NCBI GenBank assembly: GCA_030867685.1
Contig: JAQOWU010000003.1
Location: 806,001 to 870,000 of the forward strand
Direction: 5' to 3'
Length of the DNA: 64,000 bases
Source: Wickerhamiella versatilis
Taxonomy: Eukaryota
Made by a program: the position numbers and the translations under genes
In this document: positions 41,728 through 53,156 of the stretch, in pieces
How the letters are laid out: the number at the start of each line of letters is the position of its first letter
Numbering within the stretch: position 1 is the first letter of the stretch
The notes under the pieces: generated by a model
Databases searched by the model: none
Told to the model about the DNA's origin: nothing
What the model saw: only the letters and a program-made list of their open reading frames with translations

Positions 41728-44700
41728 TCAATTGGTCCTACCTCCGAATATCTCCTCAAAGAGCATTTCTCGGCAGTAGTCCCAGTCAACGCGCTCCAAT
41801 GCATAATTTGCTTCGTATAATGTGACTGACAGCTGATTCCAAAAAGCGTGTAACATCGACTTTGTCGTGTTCACAGGCAATAGCGGTCTTCTCATGCCTT
41901 CAATGCCCTTGGGTAATTCACTTATGGACTGAGATGGCATTTGTGCAAGTTTTTCTGCCAATCCTCCTGTCCTATTTCCATCATTTGCCGGATGTATCGC
42001 ATCGCCACTGTCACATACAAATAACCATTCGTAAGGTTGAAACTGATCAATACCGGTTGTTAACGCCAGATCCAGAAGCTTTGCAGCGGCTATAGCTAAT
42101 TCATCATCGGTTTCTTTCAGTGACAGTAGTGTTTCCTGAAGTTTATATGACATAAAACTGAATGCTGGAAGCATCTGAAGGGCATCCTTGCGAAGCAGTA
42201 AAGAGCGCAGGAATAAGCAGACGAATGGAGCATTTCCTTGCCACATGCCTGTCAACTGAGCTACAATCCGTGTCCAGGATACGGGAAGCGTTTCTGCCGA
42301 TAACATTATGAAAGTAAGCCGTGCTAGATTTTCATCGGTAAGTTGTTGACCTCCAGACCATCCAAAAAGAATATTCGACGATCCAAAGGTCGCTATGCGA
42401 CCGACAAACTCACTTAAGCGTTCTTTATCAGCCTGAGCCCATAATCCTACGATCTCAGAAAACTTGGGTGCGAGCTGTATAGGTAAAGTAAATACCTTCT
42501 GGTCAAAAAGCAGGTCTGACACTAGCGTCCGCCAGGTACGTGTCGTTGGACAAGTATCGATAAGCACTTTTAGCATATCCAAGGCTTCAACTGTCATATT
42601 TTGTGGCATCTGGAAAAGTGGACTCACAACTGTCTGCATCACCTTGGTTAGAAGTGCACCTTGCTTTTCTGGCTCTGATATAATCACAGGAGTGGCATTC
42701 AAAGCTTTCGTCAATTCCTCACTTTTTACGAGAGTATCAGCAGGAAGCTCATTCACAGCGCTAGAGAGTAGTTTCGAGAATAAATCAGAAAAGTCTCTGC
42801 GACGACCCCTGAAATCCCCGATTTCTGACATCAACGCTAGCATAGGCAATATAATTTGAGCATACTGCGTACTCTTGTGATGGACGTCACTCAAGAATCC
42901 TGCAATTATTGGCCAAATGTCTTCAATAACATCGAGTTCAAGCGATAAACAATAAGCTACGAAAAAGTCGGCCATTGGTCTGGTGCGATTGGCTTGAAGC
43001 AGCTCCAGAAGTACACTGGTTGAATTCTTCAATTGCGTCCCTTCAATCATGTGCACTAATCTTACGCCTGAGTTCACAGTGGTGGCATGGGCCACGCAGC
43101 ACATCAGCGTTTCTTTAGTCAAATGCTGATAAAAAGGTGCAAATAACTTTCTAATTCGCGTTTTCAAACGGCCTGTCGCATAAAGGCATGTAGAGCCTGG
43201 ACTAACGGAACCCCTAACACGCTCAAGCCATGCCCAGTATTTGATGCACTGCTTCGAGATACGATTCAAGCATTCTATAGCAGTGCTCTTCGCCCTCTCA
43301 AGCTGAGTACGATCTGATGGTGTTTCTACACTGAAAAAAGATCTTGGCGCTCCAGACTCCTCCTGATCTTCAGACCAGGCACGAAGAGTGGCGTGCGTCA
43401 CCCTCTCCAGCAGCAGGCACAGCTGAATGATTACACTTGAATCACCGATTTCTGAGCTTTCGGCCTCCAACAAGCTCGAGTCAAGGGAGTTCAGTCTATT
43501 AAGAAGCTCATCTACCAGTTCAAGTGCCACAGTTGTTACTTGCGCCGGCGTCACTGCATCGATATATGCATTGAGCAAGCGTGTCCAGACGACAAACTCA
43601 TCTTCTCTCTGTAAACGGTCAATTCCGTCAATGATCCAAAAAAGTAGAGTCTTAAGTTGTAGCATCTTTTTCATCTCCTTCGCAAAAAATTCCATCGCAA
43701 CCAAGGTTGGTGGTTTTTCCAATAACACTTCTCCTACGCGAATTATGAGGTTATCATCTGCCAGCTCTATGAGTTTCAGAGCCTTACTTCCAGCAACTCC
43801 GTTTTGCTTCTGGATCCAGGATAGTATTTTCTCATAGAAGTCATCAGAGCATAATAGAAAAGCAGACTTGACCTCTTTGATCTCCACTGCAAGCAAAACT
43901 AGGGAAAGCAAATAATCCAGCACATCGCAATCAGGGTTTGACTCCAGCTCCTGGTTTACAAGACCCACCAAGAGACGAGCGAACTGCATACTAGTACCTG
44001 TCCTCACAATTGTACCTTCAGCATAGTTTTGACCCGTTCCAGTGTCTAAGAGTTCACAGAAGATTAGAGTAGGCTTTGCGAGCATTTTAATCAAGTCAGG
44101 ACGCTCCGCAGAATGAACCCACAAAAGAGACCACACATAAGCCCTTTGTTCAACATCCTCACTTATTAAATACCGAGAAATCGCACTTGTTACCGCATCA
44201 AATCCCCCTATTTCAGCCAGATACCATAGCTCACGAACCTTCTCTACTTGTTGTTCCCCTTTGTCTCTAAGAGAAACATGAATAGAGCCAACCAAGTGAT
44301 CAATAACCGAAAGTCTCTGTGGCTGGTTCAGTGATTTATAAAGTAGTTTAAACAATTCTGCTGTGGGTGCTTCAAGGAACTGCGGCACCCACTTGTCTGC
44401 ATCAGCGTGAGTCCGCTCCAAAATCTTCTGTAAGGTTGCTAATGATCCAGCATTATCAATTAGAAGTGCGGTAACCTCCCCTGGTGAGTAAGGGCATGCA
44501 GGCGCCAGCTCGTCAGAGCTATTTGACTGAACGGAAGTCTCTAGATAGTTCCGAATTTCCAAAGCAGGGTTTGCCGAAGTTGAAAAATCTTTTGGGGGCG
44601 GCGCGAGAGGAGGTAAGTATTTTGGGAGCTCACTAATTATTCCTGGTGGGCCATTGGTTGTCAAAAAGTAGAGTAAAACCAGGGGAACTTCCGCTGCAAC

Positions 44701-45933
44701 CTCCTCGTCCGAAGAATCCAAAAAGTTCAGCAATTTCAACGCTGTTTCTACGTCATTCTGCTCACCTAAGTCCAACAATGTTTTCCAAATCATATTAACT
44801 TCGACAGCGTCAACAAATTGACGAGCTGAAGTACCACATTTGCGCAAGATAGGCACAAGAATGCTCGGTACCACCGCAGACCCAACCTCCCAACGATCTA
44901 ACATGGCTCGGGCCTCCTGCAAAGCCTCCGATGATGGTAGTTCTTGTAGAAGTACTTTATTCAAGATATCAAGTCCAAATTGGGCAAAATAATGCTGACG
45001 ACTGTAGTCACCCGATTCTGGATCTGGTCCCAATAGCCAAGTCCAAAGTCTCCGATTCAAGGACATGTCACGACGAAGGACTGATGCCACAGCAGCAGAC
45101 ATCAGACCTTCGCATTCTCTTTTATGTTCTTGCACAATGGAGCATCCTAGAGGTAGACAGCGAACTAGTACGTCGAGGAATCCCCGCTGAACTAAAACAT
45201 CCGAGTCACGCAAGCCAGCTTGTATGGCTCTAAGCATCAGTCCAGGGTCTGGCGTGGTAACTATTCTTGCCTCTGTACTTAAGGGATCTGTAAACGTAGG
45301 TAGGTAGCGTGAAAAGTAGGCCAATGCGCCAAGACGAACCTCCGTAGACGTCACTACTGAAAGCATCATACACTGCCAGAAGAAACTATCATCATTGATA
45401 TGGTCTCTAAGTGCTAATACAAGGCCAAGAACTTCGTCAAAAAACTCCCCCGACTCCTCCTCCATGCTAGGCAAGCAGCTTAAAAGCAGAGGTCTCACAA
45501 TTTCACGAGAAGCAACATTTAGTATGTCGTCTTTCAAGAGACCCAAAACTAGCGGTTTAACGCTGAATGCCGCGAAAGATACCACAGGTAGCAGTCCGGG
45601 GAGCCATAAATAAATCGATTCCGACAACGCTTTTGTCCCAAGGACTTGGAACACTACTTTGTATGCCTGCAAAGCAGTCTGGTGCACACCCGTTGGCAAG
45701 GTTGGATCCAAGCAGCGCGAAAGCATTTCAGCTATTTCCCTCGCACAAGGAAGGCGAGACTCCGGGTTCGGTCGGTTTTTCACAGCCTTCTGTAGCCGCG
45801 CGAGAAAACTAATATAATCAGGCCATTCCACCACACTTTCCCAACTTCCCAGAGCGCGTTCAATAGCACTTCTCCATTTGGGATCCTCCTGGCCTGGCTC
45901 CAGAGGTGCTGACCGCCCGGAGAAGAGCAGCAT
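41728..45933 (-). CDS. DOP1: Dopey family protein
   Basis: EWPDYISFL.RLQKA, CL.P.LP.GVHQ.AL, LVQRGFLD, VLRRDMSLNRRLWTWLLG, FQ.YEWLF. Confidence 0.93.
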   Translation of the reverse strand: MLLFSGRSAPLEPGQEDPKWRSAIERALGSWESVVEWPDYISFLARLQKAVKNRPNPESRLPCAREIAEMLSRCLDPTLPTGVHQTALQAYKVVFQVLGTKALSESIYLWLPGLLPVVSFAAFSVKPLVLGLLKDDILNVASREIVRPLLLSCLPSMEEESGEFFDEVLGLVLALRDHINDDSFFWQCMMLSVVTSTEVRLGALAYFSRYLPTFTDPLSTEARIVTTPDPGLMLRAIQAGLRDSDVLVQRGFLDVLVRCLPLGCSIVQEHKRECEGLMSAAVASVLRRDMSLNRRLWTWLLGPDPESGDYSRQHYFAQFGLDILNKVLLQELPSSEALQEARAMLDRWEVGSAVVPSILVPILRKCGTSARQFVDAVEVNMIWKTLLDLGEQNDVETALKLLNFLDSSDEEVAAEVPLVLLYFLTTNGPPGIISELPKYLPPLAPPPKDFSTSANPALEIRNYLETSVQSNSSDELAPACPYSPGEVTALLIDNAGSLATLQKILERTHADADKWVPQFLEAPTAELFKLLYKSLNQPQRLSVIDHLVGSIHVSLRDKGEQQVEKVRELWYLAEIGGFDAVTSAISRYLISEDVEQRAYVWSLLWVHSAERPDLIKMLAKPTLIFCELLDTGTGQNYAEGTIVRTGTSMQFARLLVGLVNQELESNPDCDVLDYLLSLVLLAVEIKEVKSAFLLCSDDFYEKILSWIQKQNGVAGSKALKLIELADDNLIIRVGEVLLEKPPTLVAMEFFAKEMKKMLQLKTLLFWIIDGIDRLQREDEFVVWTRLLNAYIDAVTPAQVTTVALELVDELLNRLNSLDSSLLEAESSEIGDSSVIIQLCLLLERVTHATLRAWSEDQEESGAPRSFFSVETPSDRTQLERAKSTAIECLNRISKQCIKYWAWLERVRGSVSPGSTCLYATGRLKTRIRKLFAPFYQHLTKETLMCCVAHATTVNSGVRLVHMIEGTQLKNSTSVLLELLQANRTRPMADFFVAYCLSLELDVIEDIWPIIAGFLSDVHHKSTQYAQIILPMLALMSEIGDFRGRRRDFSDLFSKLLSSAVNELPADTLVKSEELTKALNATPVIISEPEKQGALLTKVMQTVVSPLFQMPQNMTVEALDMLKVLIDTCPTTRTWRTLVSDLLFDQKVFTLPIQLAPKFSEIVGLWAQADKERLSEFVGRIATFGSSNILFGWSGGQQLTDENLARLTFIMLSAETLPVSWTRIVAQLTGMWQGNAPFVCLFLRSLLLRKDALQMLPAFSFMSYKLQETLLSLKETDDELAIAAAKLLDLALTTGIDQFQPYEWLFVCDSGDAIHPANDGNRTGGLAEKLAQMPSQSISELPKGIEGMRRPLLPVNTTKSMLHAFWNQLSVTLYEANYALERVDWDYCREMLFEEIFGGRTN

Positions 45934-47241
45934 GAATAAGCCTACAGCCGGTGCGATTCAGAAGAGCTATGCCTGACCACACTGTGTCCTTGAAATAGTG
46001 GTTAAAACCTCCGAATTCATGGAGACCAAGTATGTTTAAGAATAATTACGAAAGCTGTGCTGAGCTCTGGGGAGCAATGTAAACACTATCACACTGGAGA
46101 ATTCTAGTCGGATCCGCCATATTCAATGCAATTACTTATAATTAAAAACAAAATAGGTGTAAACCATCCAAAGAGTCTCTTGAGACAGAATGCGGGTGCA
46201 AATGCTAGGGTGGATTGTTTTCCAACGATGCATCGGCTTTGTGGGCGGAGGTCTAATGCAGACTATCACGTAATTATGCTAGCAAATACATATATGCGTA
46301 TATTCGTAGTAAAAGCGAGTGGCTTCGTTGCACCATTAAGCGAGCAAATCCGACTGATAATTGTGCACTGCTGGATGAATTGAGAAAGAGTGTGTGGCAC
46401 ATATCGCAAAATGAATACTCACATTTAAGAGCTCTGATATACGTATATAAGTATATCTGAGGGGCCTCTACAACAAAGCTGGTTTTGCGAGAACCAACTC
46501 AATGTACCATGGCAGGTCTGAGTCCGACCAATTTATTGTGATTACCCTCATTCCACGAAAAATACGAGTAAAACTCTAACTTAGTGAAATGAAAGCTCAA
46601 CCATGTGATAATATTCGTAGGAACCTTTCAACAAGTATTGCAATTCCCCTGAAATGATCCTCGCTTATTATAATATGTAGGAGATGCTTTCTTGTCGATC
46701 TCTCGTGCTCAGTAATCTCTAAATATACTATATGCGTCACACATGTCAAATATCACTGACTAATAGCTGAAACGTCATCAGCCACGAGCGCCCTGCGTGT
46801 TTTCTTCGGGTTTGGGTAGTTGTTCGAAAGGATAAAATTTTAAATCAGCAAATCATTCCTCAATTTCTCATATACGTTAAATTTTAACGTGCCAAAATGG
46901 CCTGACCCTTTACTTCCATGTTGGGGAAATGATGACGGGATTACATATCAACTTCCACACTGGTCTGGGATAGTAGACTGCCTAAGGATAATCGCATCAG
47001 CGATATAGGCCTGTGATGGGTCAATCGCCAACTAGTCTGAAAAGTTTCAAAATTTTTGATAAAATAGGCTACTATCAGACGTATTGTCACGTCAAAAGTG
47101 ATGCACCCTAGCCCTGATAATTCCACCGCCACCGAGATCCAATGGGCACCGGATAAGGGTTCACGAGCCGATCCCGCGTAGTAAGAACCTAAGGGATTAC
47201 ACGATATCCCTGACTGCATAGCCTACACCTAACTTTTTGAT

Positions 47242-49044
47242 ATGGATCTCAACGAGCTGCCTGGAGAAGTGGCAGCTCAGACACCATCCCCACCGTTGTC
47301 CTCTGACAATACTCTAGGGAAGTCGCCGGGGACACCTGCGGGAGGGGCTGCGCCGGCCGTAGTACCCCCTTCAGCCGTGGGTCGTGGGTCATCGGGTCCA
47401 TTCACTCTGGACCTGAATATGGTTAAAATGCTCATGGCAGCAGTGAATGAACAACTTGGCGTTGACTTAGGTGATGCACAAATGGACGAAACCGCAGTCG
47501 TGGCAGAATCACCTGAACTTAGCCAGTCTATCAGGCAAGCTGGTGGAGTACCCCCTGAACAGAATCGGGATGCACCGCAAAAAGGTGAATATTCCCATGT
47601 ACGACTTATATGTGACGCCTGTGGCCACATAGTTGCAGCCGTGGCCGCAGCTGTCCTAAAAGCGATAATTGAGGCCGGGGAAGAGGCGGCTAGAGTAGGT
47701 GCACCACCGTCACGGATGGTTGCACCGTTGAGAAAGAAGAGAGGAGGTATTTTGGGCTTCAAGGAGCTCGCCGCCAAAGCGAATCTTAGTCCTTGGCATT
47801 TTCATCGGGTTTTCCGTTCTGTCACTGGGGTCACACCTAAAGCTTATGGTGAAGCACTATGGGACCACTTAATGCGTGAGAACGGTTTTGATGTTGAGGA
47901 ATCCTCTGTAGTTACAACATCGGCCAACGGAGGTACTTCAGGTGGGTCTGAAACTGGGGCAATGTTTGGCGTAGGATCGTCGTCAGCAGCATCATCTGAT
48001 GCGTCGAGTTCAAGCCCAAATTCAGCCCAAAAGCCGCAGGTCGGTTTTCCCTTAATTCCTAGCCCACCAATGCTGTACACTCAGAAGGATGATACCGGCA
48101 CTAATAATGTCACGCCAACTGGTACTGGAAGTGATACTTTACAGCGTACAGCTAGTATGGGTGCTAGTGGGTCGGACCGTAGTGGGAGGGTTCGCAAGGC
48201 TCGTAGTTTATCGAGATCAGGACGTTCTCGTTCTCGGCCACGGTCCGGAGCACCAGCCAGGATTAATACAGGTGTCTCATCACAGATGTACAACCAAAGA
48301 AGTCAGAGCCATGTTCGTGGACCAAGAGTATTTGGGGGTACAGTAAGTAATACGGATTTACCACCTACTCGGCTACAATCGAGATACGCCAATCGTCACC
48401 GTCATCATGCAAGCATAAGCGGAGGGGAGTTTGGTTCGAATTTCCTTGACTTGGGTCCCAGCCCCACCTCAGCCCTTGATATTCCGGTTTTCGACCCACC
48501 AGACCTCAACTCTCTGACTTTAACCATGCCACCTCTCCCAAGTACTCTGACTCCGCCACAACCGCCATCGGCATCTAGTGTCGCGCCAAGTCCTTCGGTA
48601 CTGGATCCACCCCAGCCAAATCCTGAACCTAATGCTTCTGGAGGTGCGCCATTCACAAATCTGAACCCACAGTGGCTAGCAAATCCGGCACAAGCCGTGC
48701 CTCAACAACAGGATCAACCCCTCGTGGCTCCTTCACTGTCATTCAACAATAATGTCTCTTTCCCAAATTCTGTTCCTAGTAATACTGGAGCTCTCAGTGG
48801 TATGCTTGCAGCAGAGGAATCTCCGCCAATGGCCACTCCTCCCCCAGCAGATGCTCTTGGATCGCTCCCTCAGCAATTTTATATGAGCAGTAAAGAAAAA
48901 ATTGACTTCGACAATGACTTCGGCCCAGCACCTGACCTATCTAACGATGATGATATTGGCATTTTTAACTTAGGATCTTTGGACCAGGACAACCGCCTCC
49001 TTGCAGACCCAGTCTCTAACGGAGGAAACGAAGCTCTTTGGTAA
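47242..49044 (+). CDS. Ada/AraC-type helix-turn-helix putative transcription factor (600 aa)
   Basis: KKRGGILGFKELAAKANLSPWHFHRVFRSVTGVTPKAY resembles the AraC-type HTH of Ada proteins; long Ser/Pro-rich region and acidic-hydrophobic C-terminus. Confidence 0.8.
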   Translation: MDLNELPGEVAAQTPSPPLSSDNTLGKSPGTPAGGAAPAVVPPSAVGRGSSGPFTLDLNMVKMLMAAVNEQLGVDLGDAQMDETAVVAESPELSQSIRQAGGVPPEQNRDAPQKGEYSHVRLICDACGHIVAAVAAAVLKAIIEAGEEAARVGAPPSRMVAPLRKKRGGILGFKELAAKANLSPWHFHRVFRSVTGVTPKAYGEALWDHLMRENGFDVEESSVVTTSANGGTSGGSETGAMFGVGSSSAASSDASSSSPNSAQKPQVGFPLIPSPPMLYTQKDDTGTNNVTPTGTGSDTLQRTASMGASGSDRSGRVRKARSLSRSGRSRSRPRSGAPARINTGVSSQMYNQRSQSHVRGPRVFGGTVSNTDLPPTRLQSRYANRHRHHASISGGEFGSNFLDLGPSPTSALDIPVFDPPDLNSLTLTMPPLPSTLTPPQPPSASSVAPSPSVLDPPQPNPEPNASGGAPFTNLNPQWLANPAQAVPQQQDQPLVAPSLSFNNNVSFPNSVPSNTGALSGMLAAEESPPMATPPPADALGSLPQQFYMSSKEKIDFDNDFGPAPDLSNDDDIGIFNLGSLDQDNRLLADPVSNGGNEALW

Positions 49045-49251
49045 TTTTCAGTGAGTTATGTTGCAACTGATGCAGAACGTTTAAATATTACGACTAAATT
49101 TATTTTTATCGCCATAGCGCTCAAGTATCCAGAACTAATAATATTGATGTATCAATATAACACTAAGATAGTCCCGAGCTTTTTGTCCACTGATGATGGT
49201 GTCATAATCTAGTACTTTATAATCCATTCCAGTTCCACTCATATGCTATAC

Positions 49252-50223
49252 TTACCGAGGATCGAGTCCACGCCAGAGGTAGACTTTCTGATCCCACCCA
49301 GTGGTAGCCACCCAGCCTGGTTCCCCCCAAAGACACCAATCGCCATCGCTAACGAACTCCGTATGTTGTGAGAACGTACGAATAAGGCCCTGTGGGCCTC
49401 TGCCCATTACATGACGCTCGCCCGGCATATTTAGCCACACCTTAGCCGTCATATCATAAGATGTGGTTAACAGATGTAATGCAGAGTGCGGGCTCCACCT
49501 CACCTGTTTGACAGGAAGTTGGTGACCATTAAAGACAGTTACAGGCGAGCTTACATTTCGCATATCCCAAACTTTTGCAAGACGATCTGAGCCGCTTGTT
49601 GCACATATGGTTTGGGAATATTTGTTCCAGTCACAGGCCAGGCATTCTCCACCGAGGACTGCTGGTATCTTGGCTACTTCTGGTTTTGGCGCTCTTGCGT
49701 CCCACACACGTGAAAACGAGTCCGAGTGAGCACTCAGAAGCATAGTCGGGTTCGATGGATGATACCTTGCCTGATAAATACAGCTTTGAGGCGCCTCGGG
49801 ACAAAGTGTAAGAATCGACCGATCGATATTTGGGGACCAAAGCTTGATGGTACCATCCCAGGAACTGGAGGCAAACTGGGTCTTATCCAGTGAGCTCCAA
49901 TCAACACTGAACACCTCTCGCGCATGCTCTGCCCACACACCCAACAAATCAGTGCCAAGATCAAATAGACGAACTTTACCGTCGCCACAGGCGGCAATAA
50001 ACTGGTTTTCATGAAGCTCTGACCAGGCCACACTCGACACTGAATCCTGTGTGTCAAAGTGGCGGACCTCAAGAAACTGACCAGAAGGGCCCATCTCTAC
50101 CACATGTATACGACCATTTCCTACTAGCCCGAAGTTTGCTGATGCGCCCACAACAAGACGATTGTCAAAAAATGGCGAGAATCTTACAGAAGTTGCACTA
50201 AACCCTCGAGTGTTAAACTCCAT
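49252..50223 (-). CDS. PEX7: PTS2 receptor Pex7 (WD40)
   Basis: FSPFFDNRL, NFGLVGNGR, AWSE.HEN, EH.REVFSV.W, SSWDGTIK.W, HTEFV, TGWD. Confidence 0.96.
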   Translation of the reverse strand: MEFNTRGFSATSVRFSPFFDNRLVVGASANFGLVGNGRIHVVEMGPSGQFLEVRHFDTQDSVSSVAWSELHENQFIAACGDGKVRLFDLGTDLLGVWAEHAREVFSVDWSSLDKTQFASSSWDGTIKLWSPNIDRSILTLCPEAPQSCIYQARYHPSNPTMLLSAHSDSFSRVWDARAPKPEVAKIPAVLGGECLACDWNKYSQTICATSGSDRLAKVWDMRNVSSPVTVFNGHQLPVKQVRWSPHSALHLLTTSYDMTAKVWLNMPGERHVMGRGPQGLIRTFSQHTEFVSDGDWCLWGEPGWVATTGWDQKVYLWRGLDPR

Positions 50224-50229
50224 GCCAGA

Positions 50230-50427
50230 CTACAAATGCTGTTTTCCAACGCCTGCAATGAAGTTCCCAGGTATGACGATATGGCCCACGGTTCTATGCT
50301 CACCAGTAGATTGTTGTTCTATTGCGTCTGCCAATATTAAATCCTCACGGTGATCGTAACACTGAAGCGTACCGTATATGTGCCTACCGTCCGTTAACTT
50401 AACTCTGAGGACAGACCCCAAAAGCAT
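50230..50427 (-). CDS. MAK31: Sm-like protein, NatC auxiliary subunit Mak31/Naa38-like (65 aa)
   Basis: LRV.LTDGR...G.L.C.D...LIL...E Sm1 motif and R.VG.IVIPG..I Sm2 motif. Confidence 0.72.
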   Translation of the reverse strand: MLLGSVLRVKLTDGRHIYGTLQCYDHREDLILADAIEQQSTGEHRTVGHIVIPGNFIAGVGKQHL

Positions 50428-50972
50428 TAGTAATTTCTCCTCAGATCAGCCGTCCAATGAGACACCAAGCCAGGATGACAACCTAGAAATATATGTGGTT
50501 CATGTTAAGCCTTTAACCTCTCCATTACGAATTTTGTAATTTATTGGTTCCTCCAACTGCTTGTAATAATGGGACATATTATGATACTAAGTCATCGTAT
50601 TCCCGGTATAGCCATGTCCGTAGTTCCGATGAGCGGCACAGTAATAGATCCCGTGCCCGAAGGCAGCCGTATTGAGAAGTACCGCAGTCCGCAGTGAGAA
50701 GATCATCGCAGGAGTTTTCGGTGACATATAATTTAATTTCTTTAGAACTGTTTCGGTTCGTAGACTAGATAATTATTGTTGACCACAATCAGCAGCTTCT
50801 TTCTATACAGGTATGCCTTTCTGGGACTAAATCAATTCTTCCCCACGAGCCCACGGCCTTCCATTACCCCTTACCTCGTAGTTCGAACTATCAAGGGCTA
50901 GGGTATCACTAGTGCTGCTGACCTACCATCTGCAGTCCGTGTACCCCACATAGCAATTGAAGGGAATTCGTG

Positions 50973-52988
50973 ATGCGAGACGTGCATAACCATTTCCTGT
51001 TCGAAATAGCCACAGAGGTTGCCAACCGCGTAGGTGGAATCTACAGTGTATTGAAGAGTAAGGCGCCAATTACTGTCTCGGAGTATGGATCCCGCTATGT
51101 GCTGATAGGAAAACTCAACAAGAGCTCTGCTGAAGTCGAGGTGGAACCTCTAGAACCAAAGAATGAGCACCTTGCTCTGACACTAGAGTCAATGCGGAAC
51201 AGGGGTATTCAGGTACTGTATGGGCGCTGGCTCATAGAGGGAGCCCCGCGAGTTATCTTATTCGACATGGGCTCAGCATACAACTACCTCTCGGAGTGGA
51301 AAGCAGACCTCTGGAGTGTGGCAGGCATACCGTCGCCTCCACATGATGGAGAAACAAACGATGCAATCGTTTTCGGATACGTGGTTGCATGGTTCCTTGG
51401 CGAGTACGTAAACCATGATAGCGAGCATGCTGTCGTGGCACATTTCCATGAATGGCTTGCTGGCGTTGCCTTACCTCTGTGTCGGAAGCGTCAGCTCGAT
51501 GTGACCACTATTTTTACCACTCATGCCACATTGCTAGGCCGCTATCTATGCGCTGGGAATGTAGACTTTTACAACAATTTGCAAAACTTCGATGTGGATG
51601 CCGAGGCTGGAAAGAGAGGTATATATCATCGGTACTGTATTGAACGGGCAGCTGCTCACTCATGCGATGTTTTTACAACTGTAAGTCACATCACTGCATA
51701 CGAATCTGAACATCTGCTCAAGCGACGTCCGGATGGTGTTCTCCCCAATGGCATTAATGTAGTCAAATTCAATGCTATGCATGAGTTCCAAAATCTCCAT
51801 GCGGTTCACAAAGAAAAAATTGGGGACTTTGTACGCGGCCATTTTTACGGTCATCTGGACTTCGACCTTGATAAAACGCTTTACTTTTTCATTAGCGGTC
51901 GATACGAGTATCGTAATAAAGGTGCAGACATGTTCATTGAGGCCCTAGCTCGTCTCAATTGGAGACTTAAAGCGTCAGGGTCTAAAATGACCGTAGTCGC
52001 TTTTATCATTATGCCTGCTGCCACGCAGTCCTACACTGTGGAAACGCTTAAAGGTCAAGCAGTCATGAAATCTCTTGAAAGCACGGTACATGATATAGAG
52101 TCCAATATCGGCCGCCGGCTTCTTGATCATTACTCAAAGGCAGGAGCAGTCGAGGACCCAACATCTACGCCCACAATAAATGAATTGCTTACACCTTCGG
52201 AGCGCGTAATCCTCAAGAGGCGAGCTTATGCACTGAAACGTAATACGCTGCCGCCTATAGTAACTCATAACATGGTTAACGATGCAACTGACCCAATACT
52301 GAACCAGATCCGTCGAGTCCAGCTTTTTAATCACCCATCAGATCGAGTGAAGATCATTTTTCACCCAGAGTTCCTCAGCTCAATTAATCCAATCTTGCCT
52401 TTGGACTATGATGACTTTGTGCGAGGTTGCCATCTGGGAGTTTTCCCATCGTACTACGAGCCCTGGGGGTATACCCCAGCAGAGTGCACTGTCATGGGTG
52501 TCCCCTCAGTTACGACCAATTTATCAGGTTTTGGTGGGTACATGGAAGATCTAATTGTGCGTGCTAGTGATTATGGTATTTACGTGGTCGATCGTCGAGA
52601 ACAGGGAGTTGACGACTCTATCAACCAACTCACGTATGTTCTAGAAGAATTTACGAAAATGAATCGTCGTCAAAGAATTAACCAGCGAAATCGTACCGAA
52701 CGGCTCTCGGATTTGCTGGACTGGAAACGAATGGGTCTTGAATATGTCAATGCCAGGCAGCTTGCCCTGCGCAGGGCTTATCCTTCGGCATTTGAAAGTG
52801 AGGCCAATCCATTTGATTCAGCTGCCCATCGTAAGATCCAAAGGCCACTTTCAGCGCCAGGTTCGCCGATTGACTTGGACACATATGAGATTATGACACC
52901 AGGGGATCTTGGTACGGTGCAAGAATTAGAAGGTCCCGCTCATGACTCTGATTATCTCGAGTTCAGTCTTACTGAGGAAAGTCATTAG
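50973..52988 (+). CDS. GSY1: Glycogen synthase
   Basis: [62 protein letters not shown]1/GSY2 not distinguishable. Confidence 0.96.
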   Translation: MRDVHNHFLFEIATEVANRVGGIYSVLKSKAPITVSEYGSRYVLIGKLNKSSAEVEVEPLEPKNEHLALTLESMRNRGIQVLYGRWLIEGAPRVILFDMGSAYNYLSEWKADLWSVAGIPSPPHDGETNDAIVFGYVVAWFLGEYVNHDSEHAVVAHFHEWLAGVALPLCRKRQLDVTTIFTTHATLLGRYLCAGNVDFYNNLQNFDVDAEAGKRGIYHRYCIERAAAHSCDVFTTVSHITAYESEHLLKRRPDGVLPNGINVVKFNAMHEFQNLHAVHKEKIGDFVRGHFYGHLDFDLDKTLYFFISGRYEYRNKGADMFIEALARLNWRLKASGSKMTVVAFIIMPAATQSYTVETLKGQAVMKSLESTVHDIESNIGRRLLDHYSKAGAVEDPTSTPTINELLTPSERVILKRRAYALKRNTLPPIVTHNMVNDATDPILNQIRRVQLFNHPSDRVKIIFHPEFLSSINPILPLDYDDFVRGCHLGVFPSYYEPWGYTPAECTVMGVPSVTTNLSGFGGYMEDLIVRASDYGIYVVDRREQGVDDSINQLTYVLEEFTKMNRRQRINQRNRTERLSDLLDWKRMGLEYVNARQLALRRAYPSAFESEANPFDSAAHRKIQRPLSAPGSPIDLDTYEIMTPGDLGTVQELEGPAHDSDYLEFSLTEESH

Positions 52989-53156
52989 GAGCTTATTCTT
53001 CCAGCCCCGATCTCTTTGAATTATTTTAGTATTTTTCTGTAATATTTCACTTTAATGTCGTCAAAACCTTTTCACCAGATAAACAAGTCATTAATGCTTT
53101 AGCATCATAATTCAAGTTCCGCAAAATAAATGTATCAAAGATTATAATGCAAATAT

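Noticed and set aside
46126-47219. Short ORFs (85 aa +, 92 aa -) in the DOP1/Ada-like intergenic region
   Set aside because: No recognisable motifs or coding-like composition, and no Ada Cys motif.
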